Source: a virus
Length of the DNA stretch: 50,142 nt
Direction: 5' to 3' (one strand)
IMG/VR virus record: IMGVR_UViG_3300035498_000744
Location: 64,001 to 114,142 of that record
The position numbers were made by a program, and so were the translations under genes. The notes beneath the pieces are model-generated. The model was given only the letters and a program-made list of their open reading frames with translations. It had not been told where the DNA came from and made no database searches. Below, piece after piece: positions 1-9,386 of this stretch; within the stretch, counting starts at the first letter, position 1; each line of letters starts with the position of its first letter.

Positions 1-113
1 CTCTAATTGCCTCTAAACTCTCTACCCCTACTCCACTAGTCTTTTTAAAAGGCGCTGTATGTGGCATCCTTATATACTGCGCGGTAGCGTGCTTCCGCAA
101 AGGTAAAGATTAT

Positions 114-281
114 ATGGTTCCAGCTTGCGTAATAGGATTTATAACTTTCGGTGCGGAGCACTGCATAGCTGATTTATGCTACTTTTTATCGGCTGGATTC
201 TTCTCTATTGATGTAGTTATTTTCTTGTTAGTAGTAACTCTTGGTAATGCGGTAGGGGCATTATTAGTTGACAGCTTGTAA
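114..281 (+). CDS. Short hydrophobic ORF with formate/nitrite-transporter (FNT)-like C-terminal motif (GAEHCIAD...LGNAVGALL); fragment or remnant
   Basis: Open frame 18..281 ending TAA at 279-281. Hydrophobic sequence resembles the FNT signature region by recall. An upstream in-frame stop at 15-17 limits it to under 90 aa. Confidence 0.25.
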   Translation: MVPACVIGFITFGAEHCIADLCYFLSAGFFSIDVVIFLLVVTLGNAVGALLVDSL

Positions 282-320
282 AAAATATATTATTATATTA
301 TAAGATAAAGGAGGATTAGA

Positions 321-671
321 ATGACTCTTTATGAGATGAATAAAGCTAGTTATGCTTCTTTGCCCGAGTTAAATGAAGATGGTATTTAGTATGGAACTAA
401 CCTTATAAAAGAATATATTAAAAATACTAATAACCGTTATTATATGATTTTGAATCATGATATTCATTATTATACTCTATATAACAAAGAGCGTGCTACT
501 TCAAAAGAACTTGCTCAAAATGTTGTAGAACTGATGAGTAAACTTGGTTCTATTAGAGCCATAGAACTATCTGAAAACGAACAAGCAATTGAGTTTTGGA
601 TTATTGATATTACCGGAGAATGTAATATGTATGCTTTCTTCCGTTATGATGGCGGGGTGATTACTCTATGA
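321..671 (+). CDS. Hypothetical protein (116 aa); contains the ORF-track 444..671 piece
   Basis: ATG 321 lies 5 nt after a strong RBS, AAGGAGGA at 309-316. One in-frame TAG at 387-389 is read through. The gene ends TGA and its stop overlaps the next start (ATGA). Confidence 0.5.
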
Positions 672-922
672 ACGACGTAATCCTTATAAGTTATAATCCA
701 TTTGCCAGAGAGAGTGAAATTTTCATTTGTAAGAATGGAAAATCTAGAAGCGTAGCTATTAGTTCAGATTTAGATGACTTAGCTAAAAAGGTTATTTCTC
801 TCGCTTATGAAAACGAGATTTTCAGCGTGAAATCCAAGGCTCCCTATGAGACTTCTTTTGAAATCAAGCAACTGATTAACGAGTATGATTCTTTAAAAAA
901 GATTACAGTAGAAGGTATTTAA
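668..922 (+). CDS. Hypothetical protein
   Basis: ORF-track frame, ATGA-coupled to the upstream gene, TAA stop, no in-frame TAG. Confidence 0.5.
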   Translation: MNDVILISYNPFARESEIFICKNGKSRSVAISSDLDDLAKKVISLAYENEIFSVKSKAPYETSFEIKQLINEYDSLKKITVEGI

Positions 923-924
923 CT

Positions 925-1176
925 ATGTATTATACTTTAAAAACCACCACAACTTATCGTGTGCCCACCGTTGAAGACGCCCTTAAACTAAGGAAGTATC
1001 TTGAAAAGAATGCAGTCGGAGAGCTTAATTCTTTTACATACACGACGAAAGAGATCAAGATTAAAGGAGAAGTTGTCGAAACTTATCAGCTTGTAAAAGT
1101 AAGTTTTAATATAGACAACGAGAAAGAGCCAGAAGGCATCCAAACTGTTCTTATGGAGGAGAAGGCCAATGATTAA
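925..1176 (+). CDS. Hypothetical protein
   Basis: ORF-track frame, TAA stop; overlaps the dUTPase start. Confidence 0.5.
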   Translation: MYYTLKTTTTYRVPTVEDALKLRKYLEKNAVGELNSFTYTTKEIKIKGEVVETYQLVKVSFNIDNEKEPEGIQTVLMEEKAND

Positions 1177-1732
1177 ATTTGAAAAAGTTCAAAGATTTGC
1201 GAATGTTGACCTTCCTCTCCCGACACGCGCTACCTCAAATTCCGCAGGGTATGACTTTGTAGTGGCAGAAGATATTGTAATTCCTCCGTATGACTTTATC
1301 AAGACTAAGATTCAAGATGCTCTTTTTGAGAAAGACCGTCCTAAAGATTACTATGCTTTCATTAATCCTCTTACTCTTGATGAAATGGCCTCTGTGACCA
1401 AAGACCTCGGCACTAAAGTTACTTTGGTATCGACTGGCATGAAATGTCATCTTGAACCCGGGCAGTATCTTGAACTTAGCGTGCGGAGCTCCACTCCTTT
1501 GAAGCATTGGCTTATCATGGCTAATGGGGTGGGTATAGTCGATGCGGACTACTACAACTCAAGCGCTAATGAGGGTGAAATCTTCTTTCAAATCATCAAC
1601 TTAGCTCCATTCGCTATTCAACTTAAGCGTGGAGATAGAATCGGTCAAGGTATTATTAAAAACTACTTGACTATTGATGATGACTCCGCGGAAGGGACTC
1701 GAGAAGGAGGTTTCGGAAGCACTGGAACATGA
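1169..1732 (+). CDS. dut: dUTP diphosphatase (dUTPase)
   Basis: Carries the conserved dUTPase motif 5 (REGGFGSTG) at the C-terminus and an AGYD-type motif 3, plus an N-terminal motif by recall. Standard-code ORF ending TGA. Confidence 0.75.
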   Translation: MIKFEKVQRFANVDLPLPTRATSNSAGYDFVVAEDIVIPPYDFIKTKIQDALFEKDRPKDYYAFINPLTLDEMASVTKDLGTKVTLVSTGMKCHLEPGQYLELSVRSSTPLKHWLIMANGVGIVDADYYNSSANEGEIFFQIINLAPFAIQLKRGDRIGQGIIKNYLTIDDDSAEGTREGGFGSTGT

Positions 1733-2205
1733 ATCTTTTAGCATTAGACCAAAGTAGCCATGTATCGGGATACGCGATTTTTAAAGACGGAAAGCTCGAT
1801 TCTTATGGCAAGTTTTCTGTGGATGATGAATCAGTAGACAAAAGATTGGTAAAAATCCGAAAATGGCTAGCTGACTTAATCTTAAATAACTAGATTGATG
1901 AAGTGGTATATGAAGATATTCAATAGCAGAGCAATGTAGCTAACAATGTAAAAACTTTTAAAGTGCTTGCGGAAGTCTATGGTACTATCTCCGAATACCT
2001 TGAAGAATAGGGAATTCCACATAGTTCCGTTCTAGCTTCATCATGGAAGTCAACTCTAGGAATCAAAGGCCGCACACGCCAAGAATAGAAAAAAAATGCC
2101 CAATAGTTCGTAATTGATAAGTATAGCGTCAAGGTGGTGCAAGATATAGCGGATGCAATTTGCATAGGAGAACATCATCTTTCTCATTCCCATGGGGCTT
2201 GGTAA
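1729..2205 (+). CDS. RuvC-like Holliday-junction resolvase (158 aa, 5 in-frame TAG)
   Basis: ATG at 1729 overlaps the dut stop. Hand translation MNLLALDQSSHVSGYAIF...YEDIQ*Q...DIADAICIGEHH matches the RuvC fold and acidic residues. It is coherent only if TAG at 5 positions is a sense codon, and it ends TAA at 2203-2205. Confidence 0.65.
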
Positions 2206-2293
2206 TTTTGGGCAATTTAAATCATTTCATTATCTTCCATTCTCATAAATAGAGTACTAGAAAACTTTATTGATGGGGAGTGGAAGATTTTCT

Positions 2294-2746
2294 ATGCTTA
2301 CTTTTATAGCTAAATATTGGTTAGAAGCGCTATTCGGGGCTATAGCAGCGGGGTTAGGCTATGCTTGTAAGAAGATTTGGAAGTTATATCAAGATGAAAA
2401 GAAACATCAAAAATCAAAAGAACAAGCAGAATTTTATAAAGAGCTCCAAAATCTTCTTGCAAAAAATGGAGAAGAACTTCGTAAAAGTAATGAATAGCTT
2501 GACCAATCTATTCATGTTTTAAATGATGAGGTAGAAGTTGTAAAACATGGTATTTTAAATGTCCAAGGAAAGATATTTAAAAATCAATGCAGAGAATATC
2601 TTGAAGAAGAGCATAAAGTAACTCTTGCGGAATATGAGTCTCTTGAAGAAGACCACGCAATCTATAATTCTTTGGATGGAAATCATGATGGCGATATGTT
2701 GTTTACCATGGTAGAGGAAAAAGTAAAGAAAGATCTATCAGAGTAA
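2294..2746 (+). CDS. Membrane-anchored coiled-coil protein (N-terminal TM helix); 1 in-frame TAG (2495-2497)
   Basis: RBS GGAGTGG upstream of ATG 2294. ORF-track 2270..2497 continues through TAG to TAA at 2744-2746. Confidence 0.5.
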
Positions 2747-2751
2747 AAAAA

Positions 2752-2784
2752 TAAGGGGAAGAGATATTAAATCTCTTCCCTTTA
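2752..2784. terminator. Bidirectional intrinsic terminator between convergent genes
   Basis: Hairpin AAGGGGAAGAGAT...ATCTCTTCCCTTT with flanking A/T runs. Confidence 0.6.
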
Positions 2785-2786
2785 AA

Positions 2787-3059
2787 TTATTTAGCTTCAG
2801 GAGCTGCTAATTTCATATGGTCTTCCATTCTGTGCGTTTTATCATGAGCAATTTTTTCTTCTGGACTAGCTTCTTCCATTGCGGCAACAATAGAAGAGTA
2901 ATACATAGCCTCAGAAAGGTCTTTAATCATATCTACTACTTCGCCTAGCTCACTTGCGGAAACGTGCTCCAGATCATGCGTTTCCTCTTCTACAATTCCT
3001 AATAGGCAGTGCTGAATTTCTTTCATTCTGTGCATCATATTAAGCCACCCTCTCCGCAA
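2787..3059 (-). CDS. Hypothetical small acidic protein
   Basis: ORF-track frame, TAA stop. Confidence 0.45.
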   Translation of the reverse strand: MRRGWLNMMHRMKEIQHCLLGIVEEETHDLEHVSASELGEVVDMIKDLSEAMYYSSIVAAMEEASPEEKIAHDKTHRMEDHMKLAAPEAK

Positions 3060-3072
3060 TTAAGTTAGCATT

Positions 3073-3462
3073 CTAAATGCTAATAGCTTGAGAAGTAATA
3101 TTTCTTACGGTGATTTGAGAGCAGCAACCTTTCGGCACGTCAATAAAGATAGAAGCTGCTATGTTATTATATAGATTGACCGCACCTGGAGTAGAAATCA
3201 TTGTAGCTGAACCTACTGGCTCACCATCTAACGTGATGGCTAAAGTGATGGGGCCAGCGGTCCCCGTAGAAGGAACCGCCACATTGCCCCCAAAGACTAC
3301 TCGATATCTTGCCCTACTTTGACCGCTGGTTATACCACGAAGAGTAGTTATCCCACTCCCCTGACGATGCATTATGGAGCAATTACCATCGACTGGAGTC
3401 GCCGTAAATAATACATCTTGATTGCTACCAACTGTCTGAGCCGCAACAGCTGTAATCTCCAT
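3073..3462 (-). CDS. Hypothetical protein (129 aa)
   Basis: ATG preceded by AAGGAGG, ending TAA. Confidence 0.5.
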   Translation of the reverse strand: MEITAVAAQTVGSNQDVLFTATPVDGNCSIMHRQGSGITTLRGITSGQSRARYRVVFGGNVAVPSTGTAGPITLAITLDGEPVGSATMISTPGAVNLYNNIAASIFIDVPKGCCSQITVRNITSQAISI

Positions 3463-3479
3463 TATTCATTCCTCCTTAA

Positions 3480-4109
3480 TTAGCCGCAATTGCAACCATA
3501 ACCGCCGCTTAAACTTTCAACTGCGGCTACCGCGTAAGGGTAAGATGAATTTGGATTCATCACGGGGTACGCAGGAATTGGGCATGGTTTAAGCTGATTC
3601 ACAAGATACTGATTCTGCGCACACTGACTAAGCTAGAAATTAGCACCAAGAAGCTCGGTATTCTTCGCCTCGAGGCGATCCCGCAGTTCCTGCATAGTAT
3701 TAGCATTAATTAGGGCACGAGTCTATTCGCCCTCTTGATGAATCGCGTTAGTAATCGCGCAAGTGTTTTGTGCATTCTCGAATTTTACGCTATCGATATT
3801 GCGGTTAGTGTTACAGCAGCATGAATCCATGGCGTAACGATTCTCGGCTATAGCGCTATTTACACTGTTGATTCCCTGTGAGACCGAAGTAAATCCAGTA
3901 CAGAGGTCTCTCTGAAGGTTGCCAAAGTTGTTAAGCAAGGTTGTGTTGTTGCTGTAAAATCCGTCGCAGAGCCCTTGCTGGACTCCCCGCACACTGTTTT
4001 CTAACTGTTGAAAATTCATATCCTGGCATAGGTCAGCACGAGTTAAAGCACCCTGGGTGGCAGCATTATTAGCATTACCCCATCCGTTATTGCCATAGCC
4101 CATAAACAT
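3480..4109 (-). CDS. Cys-containing hypothetical protein (209 aa, 2 in-frame TAG)
   Basis: ORF-track 3723..4109 ends at TAG. Read-through gives a coherent 80-aa extension to TAA at 3480-3482. The next gene's RBS and ATG follow immediately. Confidence 0.5.
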
Positions 4110-4155
4110 GAATAAAAATAAAATAATTATCCCAATTTGTTACCCTAAGAGCTTT

Positions 4156-4347
4156 TTATCTCTCAGATCTATTACTTGGTTTTTGTAATAGTTCAGCATA
4201 TCTTTTCAACTCTTCATCGTTACTCTATAGAAGTTTATCGTCCCCTATAAGTAAAAGAGCCAATAGAATTATGAACCATATTTGAAAACTATTATCTTCT
4301 TGTTCTTTAGATTCTCCAGATCTAAAGATAAATTTTTCAATTTCCAT
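4156..4347 (-). CDS. Small single-TM protein (63 aa), 1 in-frame TAG
   Basis: RBS AAAAGGAGAG then ATG. Hydrophobic stretch WFIILLALLLIG. Ends TAA. Confidence 0.4.
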
Positions 4348-4519
4348 TATTACTCTCCTTTTCTTTAAAGTTGTCGCGGCCTCTTGGCAAGATTATATTC
4401 TCTTTCGAGTTTCACTTGCTATGCGTTGCGGCTGGAAGGAGTATTGCCCCCATCCTTCACCTCTGATTAGCATTTCAGCCTTCCAGATTTTTTCCGCGAT
4501 TTACCCATGGCAGATTTGT

Positions 4520-4609
4520 TTACCATGCGCCATTATTGGCGAATCCATCCTTGTTTTCACCGCTTGCAGCAGCAATATCAGACAAACTGTAACCTTGAGT
4601 ATTAAACAT
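4520..4609 (-). CDS. 29-aa peptide (MFNTQGYSLSDIAAASGENKDGFANNGAW)
   Basis: RBS CAAGGAGGAA then ATG, TAA stop. Shares an NNG(A)W motif with the N-terminus of the 3480..4109 protein. Confidence 0.2.
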   Translation of the reverse strand: MFNTQGYSLSDIAAASGENKDGFANNGAW

Positions 4610-4630
4610 ATAAGTTCCTCCTTGTTAATT

Positions 4631-4855
4631 TTAAAGACCCAACATTTGTTTGAAGCTGGCAAACTCTTTGTCAAAGTCTCCTCCCCTAGAAGCGACGAGA
4701 TTCCTAGCTATTTGTTCTATTTGGGTAGTATTTCCTTGCTTAACTAGATTCATTAAATTTGCCATCATAGGATTCCCTTGACTTGATTGTTCTAGCATAC
4801 TCATAACTAACTGCTAGGGGTTTTGCCCATTTTTAATAAGCTCCAATGGATTCAT
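4631..4855 (-). CDS. Hypothetical protein (74 aa), 1 in-frame TAG
   Basis: RBS TAAGGAGATG then ATG, TAA stop. Confidence 0.35.
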
Positions 4856-4871
4856 ATTCACATCTCCTTAT

Positions 4872-5273
4872 TTAGAATTTAATTTGCGGAGCCTCGTTTT
4901 GAGATTCTTCAATCTAGGTTTGAGGCACCGCCGCGAAAGATTGTTTAAGTTGATTAATAGCTCTTTCAAACTCTTCTCTTGTTATGAAGTTTCCCGTTGT
5001 CTCTATTGGCGCAAGTTTTAGCTCGTAAACATTTAATGTCGAAGTACCATCTAGATTAATTTGTTTCGTATATATCTTCTTATTAGCGAGATCTGGGAAA
5101 TAGAATACGGAACCATCAAAGTCTACGCTAGTAGCTCTTACCTCATCAATAGAAGAAACAGGATGGCCTTTAATCCCTATTTGCGGCTGCGCCTAAACCT
5201 AAGCTTGGTCTATGTAGGGCTATCTTCCATAGTAAGAGATAGGTTGCTACTGTGGGTAATATGAATAGTTCAT
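4872..5273 (-). CDS. Gln/Tyr/Pro-rich protein (133 aa), 5 in-frame TAG
   Basis: Codon-by-codon translation gives MNYSYYPQ*QPISYYGR*PYIDQA*V*AQPQ..., with TAG codons lying inside a CAA/CAG-rich glutamine tract. Ends TAA. Confidence 0.45.
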
Positions 5274-5382
5274 TGGCATTTAGTTTTTCTCCTCCTTCAC
5301 ATTTTATTGGGTCTTTCACTAATATATGAAAAACTGGGAAAGTTCATTAACCTACTTTGCCAAAAATTTTTGTAAATTCTCT

Positions 5383-5727
5383 TTAAGCCTAGCCTAGAGT
5401 TGCGGCGTAGCTCCAAAATGGTAATTTCATATCTTCATTAAGTTCTTTCTTAATAAGAATATCATAATTGCATAGGATAGAGTGAAGCGTAGTATAATCT
5501 TTATCTTCTATAATCATTTTCATCATATCAAGGATTTCTTTTTCATATGCTCCTCCTTCACGACTTGCAAGATCTTCTAATGAGGCAAGATAATATTTAT
5601 TCCATTCTTCTCTTGTATAACCTGGACTTAGTCCTGTAGTTTCATAAAAGAATGTTTCAAGTTCTTTAAGTCCTTCTTCTGGAATCATTTCAATTCCTCC
5701 TTCTATTGATATTCGCGGAATTGGCAT
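5383..5727 (-). CDS. Hypothetical acidic protein
   Basis: ORF-track 5389..5727 ends at TAG. Two further codons are read before TAA. Confidence 0.5.
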
Positions 5728-5778
5728 TTTTGCTTAATAGATTTTGCCCAAAAAATTGGGAACCAGCGGGTAAAAAAT

Positions 5779-5812
5779 AAAAGGAACCTAAATATTAGGT
5801 TCCTTTATTCTT
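5779..5812. terminator. Hairpin terminator (AAGGAACCTAA...TTAGGTTCCTT)
   Basis: Perfect 10-bp stem with T/A runs on both sides. Confidence 0.5.
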
Positions 5813-6181
5813 GTTTACTTCTGCCTCAATTAATTGAGTTAAATAAACATTTAAATCTCCAGTAGTCTCGGTAATATATTCCTTTGCGTCATCAGATAAA
5901 ATAGCCATCACCGCAGTTAAAGTCTTATTGAAAGCTTCTTTTTGCGCTTCTTCATCGAAGGTATTAGAATTTTTAAGACTATTTACATAAGTCTAATTTG
6001 TAGCTATTACACAATCTGAAATAGTTTGATAGAGCATATCAGTATACTTCTGGGCAGTTTCATTATTGGTTGAATTTTTAATTTCATCTCGTTTAGCGGA
6101 GAGATAATCTACAAGATACTTGGTTAAAATACCAAGCAAAGGGATTATACATAGCTAGAAAATTTGAGTTAATAGATCCAT
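5795..6181 (-). CDS. Membrane protein (128 aa, 2 in-frame TAG)
   Basis: RBS AAGGAGGAATATTT then ATG. Stop TAA sits inside the hairpin. Confidence 0.45.
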
Positions 6182-6324
6182 AAATATTCCTCCTTATAAG
6201 ATATGAAATAATAGAAAGAAAAATTAAACAACATTGGCCTAAACTTTTGGACTAAAGTATATAATAGTCCTTTGGGAATTTTCATATATAGTAGAATAGA
6301 GTAAGATACTCTTCTACTAATCAG

Positions 6325-6360
6325 GGGAAAGAGTAACTATACTCTTTCCCAATTTTTTAT
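6325..6360 (+). terminator. Terminator-like hairpin immediately upstream of the fibre-gene RBS
   Basis: GGGGAAAGAGTAACTATACTCTTTCCC followed by AATTTTTTATT. Confidence 0.35.
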
Positions 6361-6380
6361 TAAGAAAGGAGAAGATTAGT

Positions 6381-7502
6381 ATGAGTGTAAAGGTTATTTT
6401 ACAAGGTTAGAATAAATCTTCTACTTCCGCTGATGACATAGATTCTGGTACTCTAAGCAGCGATAGATTACCTGTTGTACCTATTGCTAAAGGTGGTACT
6501 GGATTAACGTCTAGTCCAAGTTTATTGACTAATTTAGGTTCCACTAGTACTGCCAATATCTTAACCGCTAGTCCAAGACCCGGTATTACTGGTACATTAG
6601 CTATTTCTCATGGCGGTACTGGCTTAACTTCTAGTCCTAGTATGTTGACGAATCTAGCTTCCACTACGGCTGCTAGTATATTAGCTGCTAGTCCTAGGCC
6701 TGGAGTTACTGGAACTTTACCTGTAGCGAATGGCGGAACTGGTAATACTTCTGTGGATTCTTCGCCAACCTCTGGTTCAACTAAGATGGTAACCTCTGGA
6801 GGGGTTTATACAGCGTTATCGAGTAAACTAGATACCTCTACTAGCAGAACTGCTAATACTGTCTATGCCGCGCCTAACGGAAGCGCTGGAGCAGCGAGCT
6901 TTAGGAGTTTAGTCGCAGCCGATATTCCAGATCTCCCAGCTAGTAAAATAACTAGTGGGACCCTGCCTCTTACTAGAGGAGGAACTGGGGTAACAAGCTT
7001 AGATAGTTTAAAGACTGTGTTGGGGATAAGCGATGGGGGGTTAAAGATAATCCCTACCCTAGTATTTCAATCATCATCATCTTCGTCGACCTTCCCTTAT
7101 GTAAAGATAGAAGCAGATTTCAAACCATATACTTTATTGTGTGTACAAATGTCTGGAGCCGGAGATATAAAGCGCACTAGCACTTCTTATTCAGGTGAAC
7201 TTTATTACCGACTTGGGAGCCTTTCCTCTAATAGTAACAGTGATTGGAGTGCAAATCTCTATACATACACAGTAACAGCACCAATAACGGGCACTGAATC
7301 TTTCGAGTTTACTTCTCCATATGTATTACTATATAGGTATGGCCCCTATGCAAGCTCATCGTATTTTGCCCCGTCTTATCAAAGAAACGGGGGAAGTGCT
7401 TACTATTCAGGCCTTTCTGGTTTCGCTATACACTCGTCTTATGCCACTTTTACGACAATATCATGGGACTTAAAAATATATGGTTTAGAGATAATAATTT
7501 GA
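6381..7502 (+). CDS. Tail-fibre protein (373 aa), the expressed copy: constant N-terminal part plus C-terminal variant A. 1 in-frame TAG (6408-6410)
   Basis: RBS AAAGGAGAAG then ATG. Tandem 35-aa Gly/Thr/Ser repeats (GGTGLTSSPSxLTNLxSTxxAxILxASPRPGxTGTL). Canonical fibre motif ADIPDLPASKITSGTLPLTRGGTGVTSLDSLKTVLGI. Confidence 0.7.
6930..7034. repeat. Inverted repeat, left copy (105 bp, identical to the reverse complement of 8461..8565); lies inside the fibre ORF
   Basis: Checked base by base against 8461..8565. Confidence 0.8.
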
Positions 7503-7674
7503 TATCTATAAATTTTAATTAATTTGGATTTGTAGAAAGTTCATAGAATAAAATTTGCTTTATTTTAAAATTGCAAAATTGTGTTAATATATACCATTAG
7601 ATAATTATTGTCTAACTTCATATATTTGCCGTATAAAGAATATATGGCTATAAATCACTTACTGATAATAAATA

Positions 7675-7745
7675 AAAAACCCATCTTTATAAAGCTTTTT
7701 AATGAATAATAAAGTTTTATAAAGATGGGTTTTTATTTATTGTCA
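7675..7745. terminator. Large bidirectional terminator hairpin in the AT-rich spacer
   Basis: CCCATCTTTATAAAG ... CTTTATAAAGATGGG, a 15-bp stem, flanked by A and T runs. Confidence 0.6.
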
Positions 7746-8145
7746 GAAGGCACGATACAACATATATAGTTGGAAAATGGCTTATTTTATAGGAGATTTT
7801 AAAATTTCTTTGTAAATTTGTCTATATCAAACGCTCTGAAAAGAAACAAAAAAATTACTCAACTAAATCTATGTGGCAATCTATTATGACGCTGCCGCCA
7901 AGCGAAAATTATTAATTAATTATTGCTCATAAATAGATATATAGAGAAGCAGAGCTTAAAAACTCATCTCTAGATAATGTTGTGTATACTCTCGGCAGTT
8001 GCTTCAACACTTTTGTTTTATTCATATTGATTAATTTTATATTATCTATGCCAACTGTTTTAAATCACGTTCAAGATTTATAACCTTTTAAAGAGCTTTT
8101 TTTAATTTTATCTAAAATCAAACTTATTCCCTTGTATTAATACAT

Positions 8146-8460
8146 TTAACCTATAGCGATATAATGATATATGTAATTTTTTGTATTAGCTTCTGTGTAA
8201 TAACCAGAGTCCGACTAGCTGTATGCCTTAAATCCAGTATCTACAATTTCAATAATTACAAGCTTTGAACTATCATAATGGGTGTAAGAAGGGGAGTTTG
8301 GTAGCGCGATTCCTCCTGCCGTTATTTGGTATTTAGTATTATCCCACCCAAACCCCATTTTTGCACTTGCTACAATTACTGCTTTAGGTGTAAAACCCAC
8401 ATTTATATACTAACTTGTCTTACCATCTCCTGTATAACTCCCTACAATAATTTGCATTGA
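8146..8460 (-). CDS. Promoterless, start-less alternative tail-fibre C-terminal cassette (variant B, about 104 aa). In frame with IR-R and silent in this orientation
   Basis: Minus-strand frame runs from IR-R (…LKTVLGISD) through SMQIIVGSYTGDGKTSQYINVGFTPKAV... to TAA at 8146-8148. There is no RBS or start, and the fibre-gene terminator sits directly upstream. Confidence 0.5.
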
Positions 8461-8565
8461 ATCGCTTATCCCCAACACAGTCTTTAAACTATCTAAGCTT
8501 GTTACCCCAGTTCCTCCTCTAGTAAGAGGCAGGGTCCCACTAGTTATTTTACTAGCTGGGAGATC
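8461..8565. repeat. Inverted repeat, right copy (105 bp)
   Basis: Reverse complement equals 6930..7034. Confidence 0.8.
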
Positions 8566-8580
8566 TTATTAAAGCACGAA

Positions 8581-8622
8581 AGGCGGACACTAGAAACATA
8601 AATCTAGTGTCCGCCTTTTTTT
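8581..8622. terminator. Intrinsic terminator (13-bp stem plus T8) abutting the tail-fibre stop
   Basis: AGGCGGACACTAG...CTAGTGTCCGCCTTTTTTTT. Confidence 0.6.
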
Positions 8623-9370
8623 ATTTGTTATCTATAACCGTCAAAACAATAGCATTAGTAGGAGTGTCATCAAGAAAATAAAATGTAATAGTCTTAGCAT
8701 CAGGGTCTGCATCAGCTTTAACTATCTTCATATAGTCAGTAAGATTTCCATCACTAGAAGCAAGAGTAACAATAGGAGGAACCTCTCCGCTCTTCCCGCA
8801 AGTCAATCCACTTACAATAGCACTATAAGTCGTATAATTGCCATCTGTTCCGTATGTGTCTTCACTAAAAGTAGGAATCGTAACCGTATAAGATGTAGTA
8901 GCTACCTCTTTGACTTTTGTATCAACCTCAGTCTTACTATATACACTAAGATTAGACCTGGCATTTGCGGCGGTCGTAGCTCCAGTACCGCCATTACCGA
9001 GACTAAGAGTCCCCACGGACGGAGTCCCATTGCTCAAGCTAACCGCGCCAGTGCCAGTTAAAGTAGAAGGCACATCGCTAGTTAAAACGACGATGCCTGT
9101 GCCAGTTAAGTTAGCTCCACTTCCTACCAAAATCTTCTTATTAGAGCTATCTTTAATGATAACGTCATCAACACTAACTTGCTTTGAGCCATCGCTATTC
9201 GTTAATACATCCGCCGAATAAGCATTAAGCTCTAACCTGGTATCAACATTATCAATCTTAACATCTACGAACATATGTGACTTATCAGTTGAAAAATAAA
9301 CGTATCCTTCCGTAAACGGAATCTAGTTAAGTAGCTCCTCTGGGCCATTATATGGTTTAAACAAAGCCAT
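8621..9370 (-). CDS. Tail-fibre protein (249 aa); 1 in-frame TAG
   Basis: RBS AAGGAGA then ATG 9370, TAA stop. Motif LSLGNGGTGATTAANARSNL is typical of phage fibres. Confidence 0.65.
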
Positions 9371-9386
9371 GATTAATTAATCTCCT

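Noticed and set aside
7503-8145. AT-rich 640-bp spacer as a possible tRNA or CRISPR locus
   Set aside because: No cloverleaf-like GC-rich arms or direct repeats. It contains only the terminator hairpin.
8910-9221. Plus-strand ORFs lying inside minus-strand structural genes (8910..9221, 9930..10229, 37942..38283, 38883..39413, 39796..40152, 46370..46879, and others)
   Set aside because: They sit antisense to homology-supported genes, have no RBS, and are low-complexity. They are shadow ORFs.
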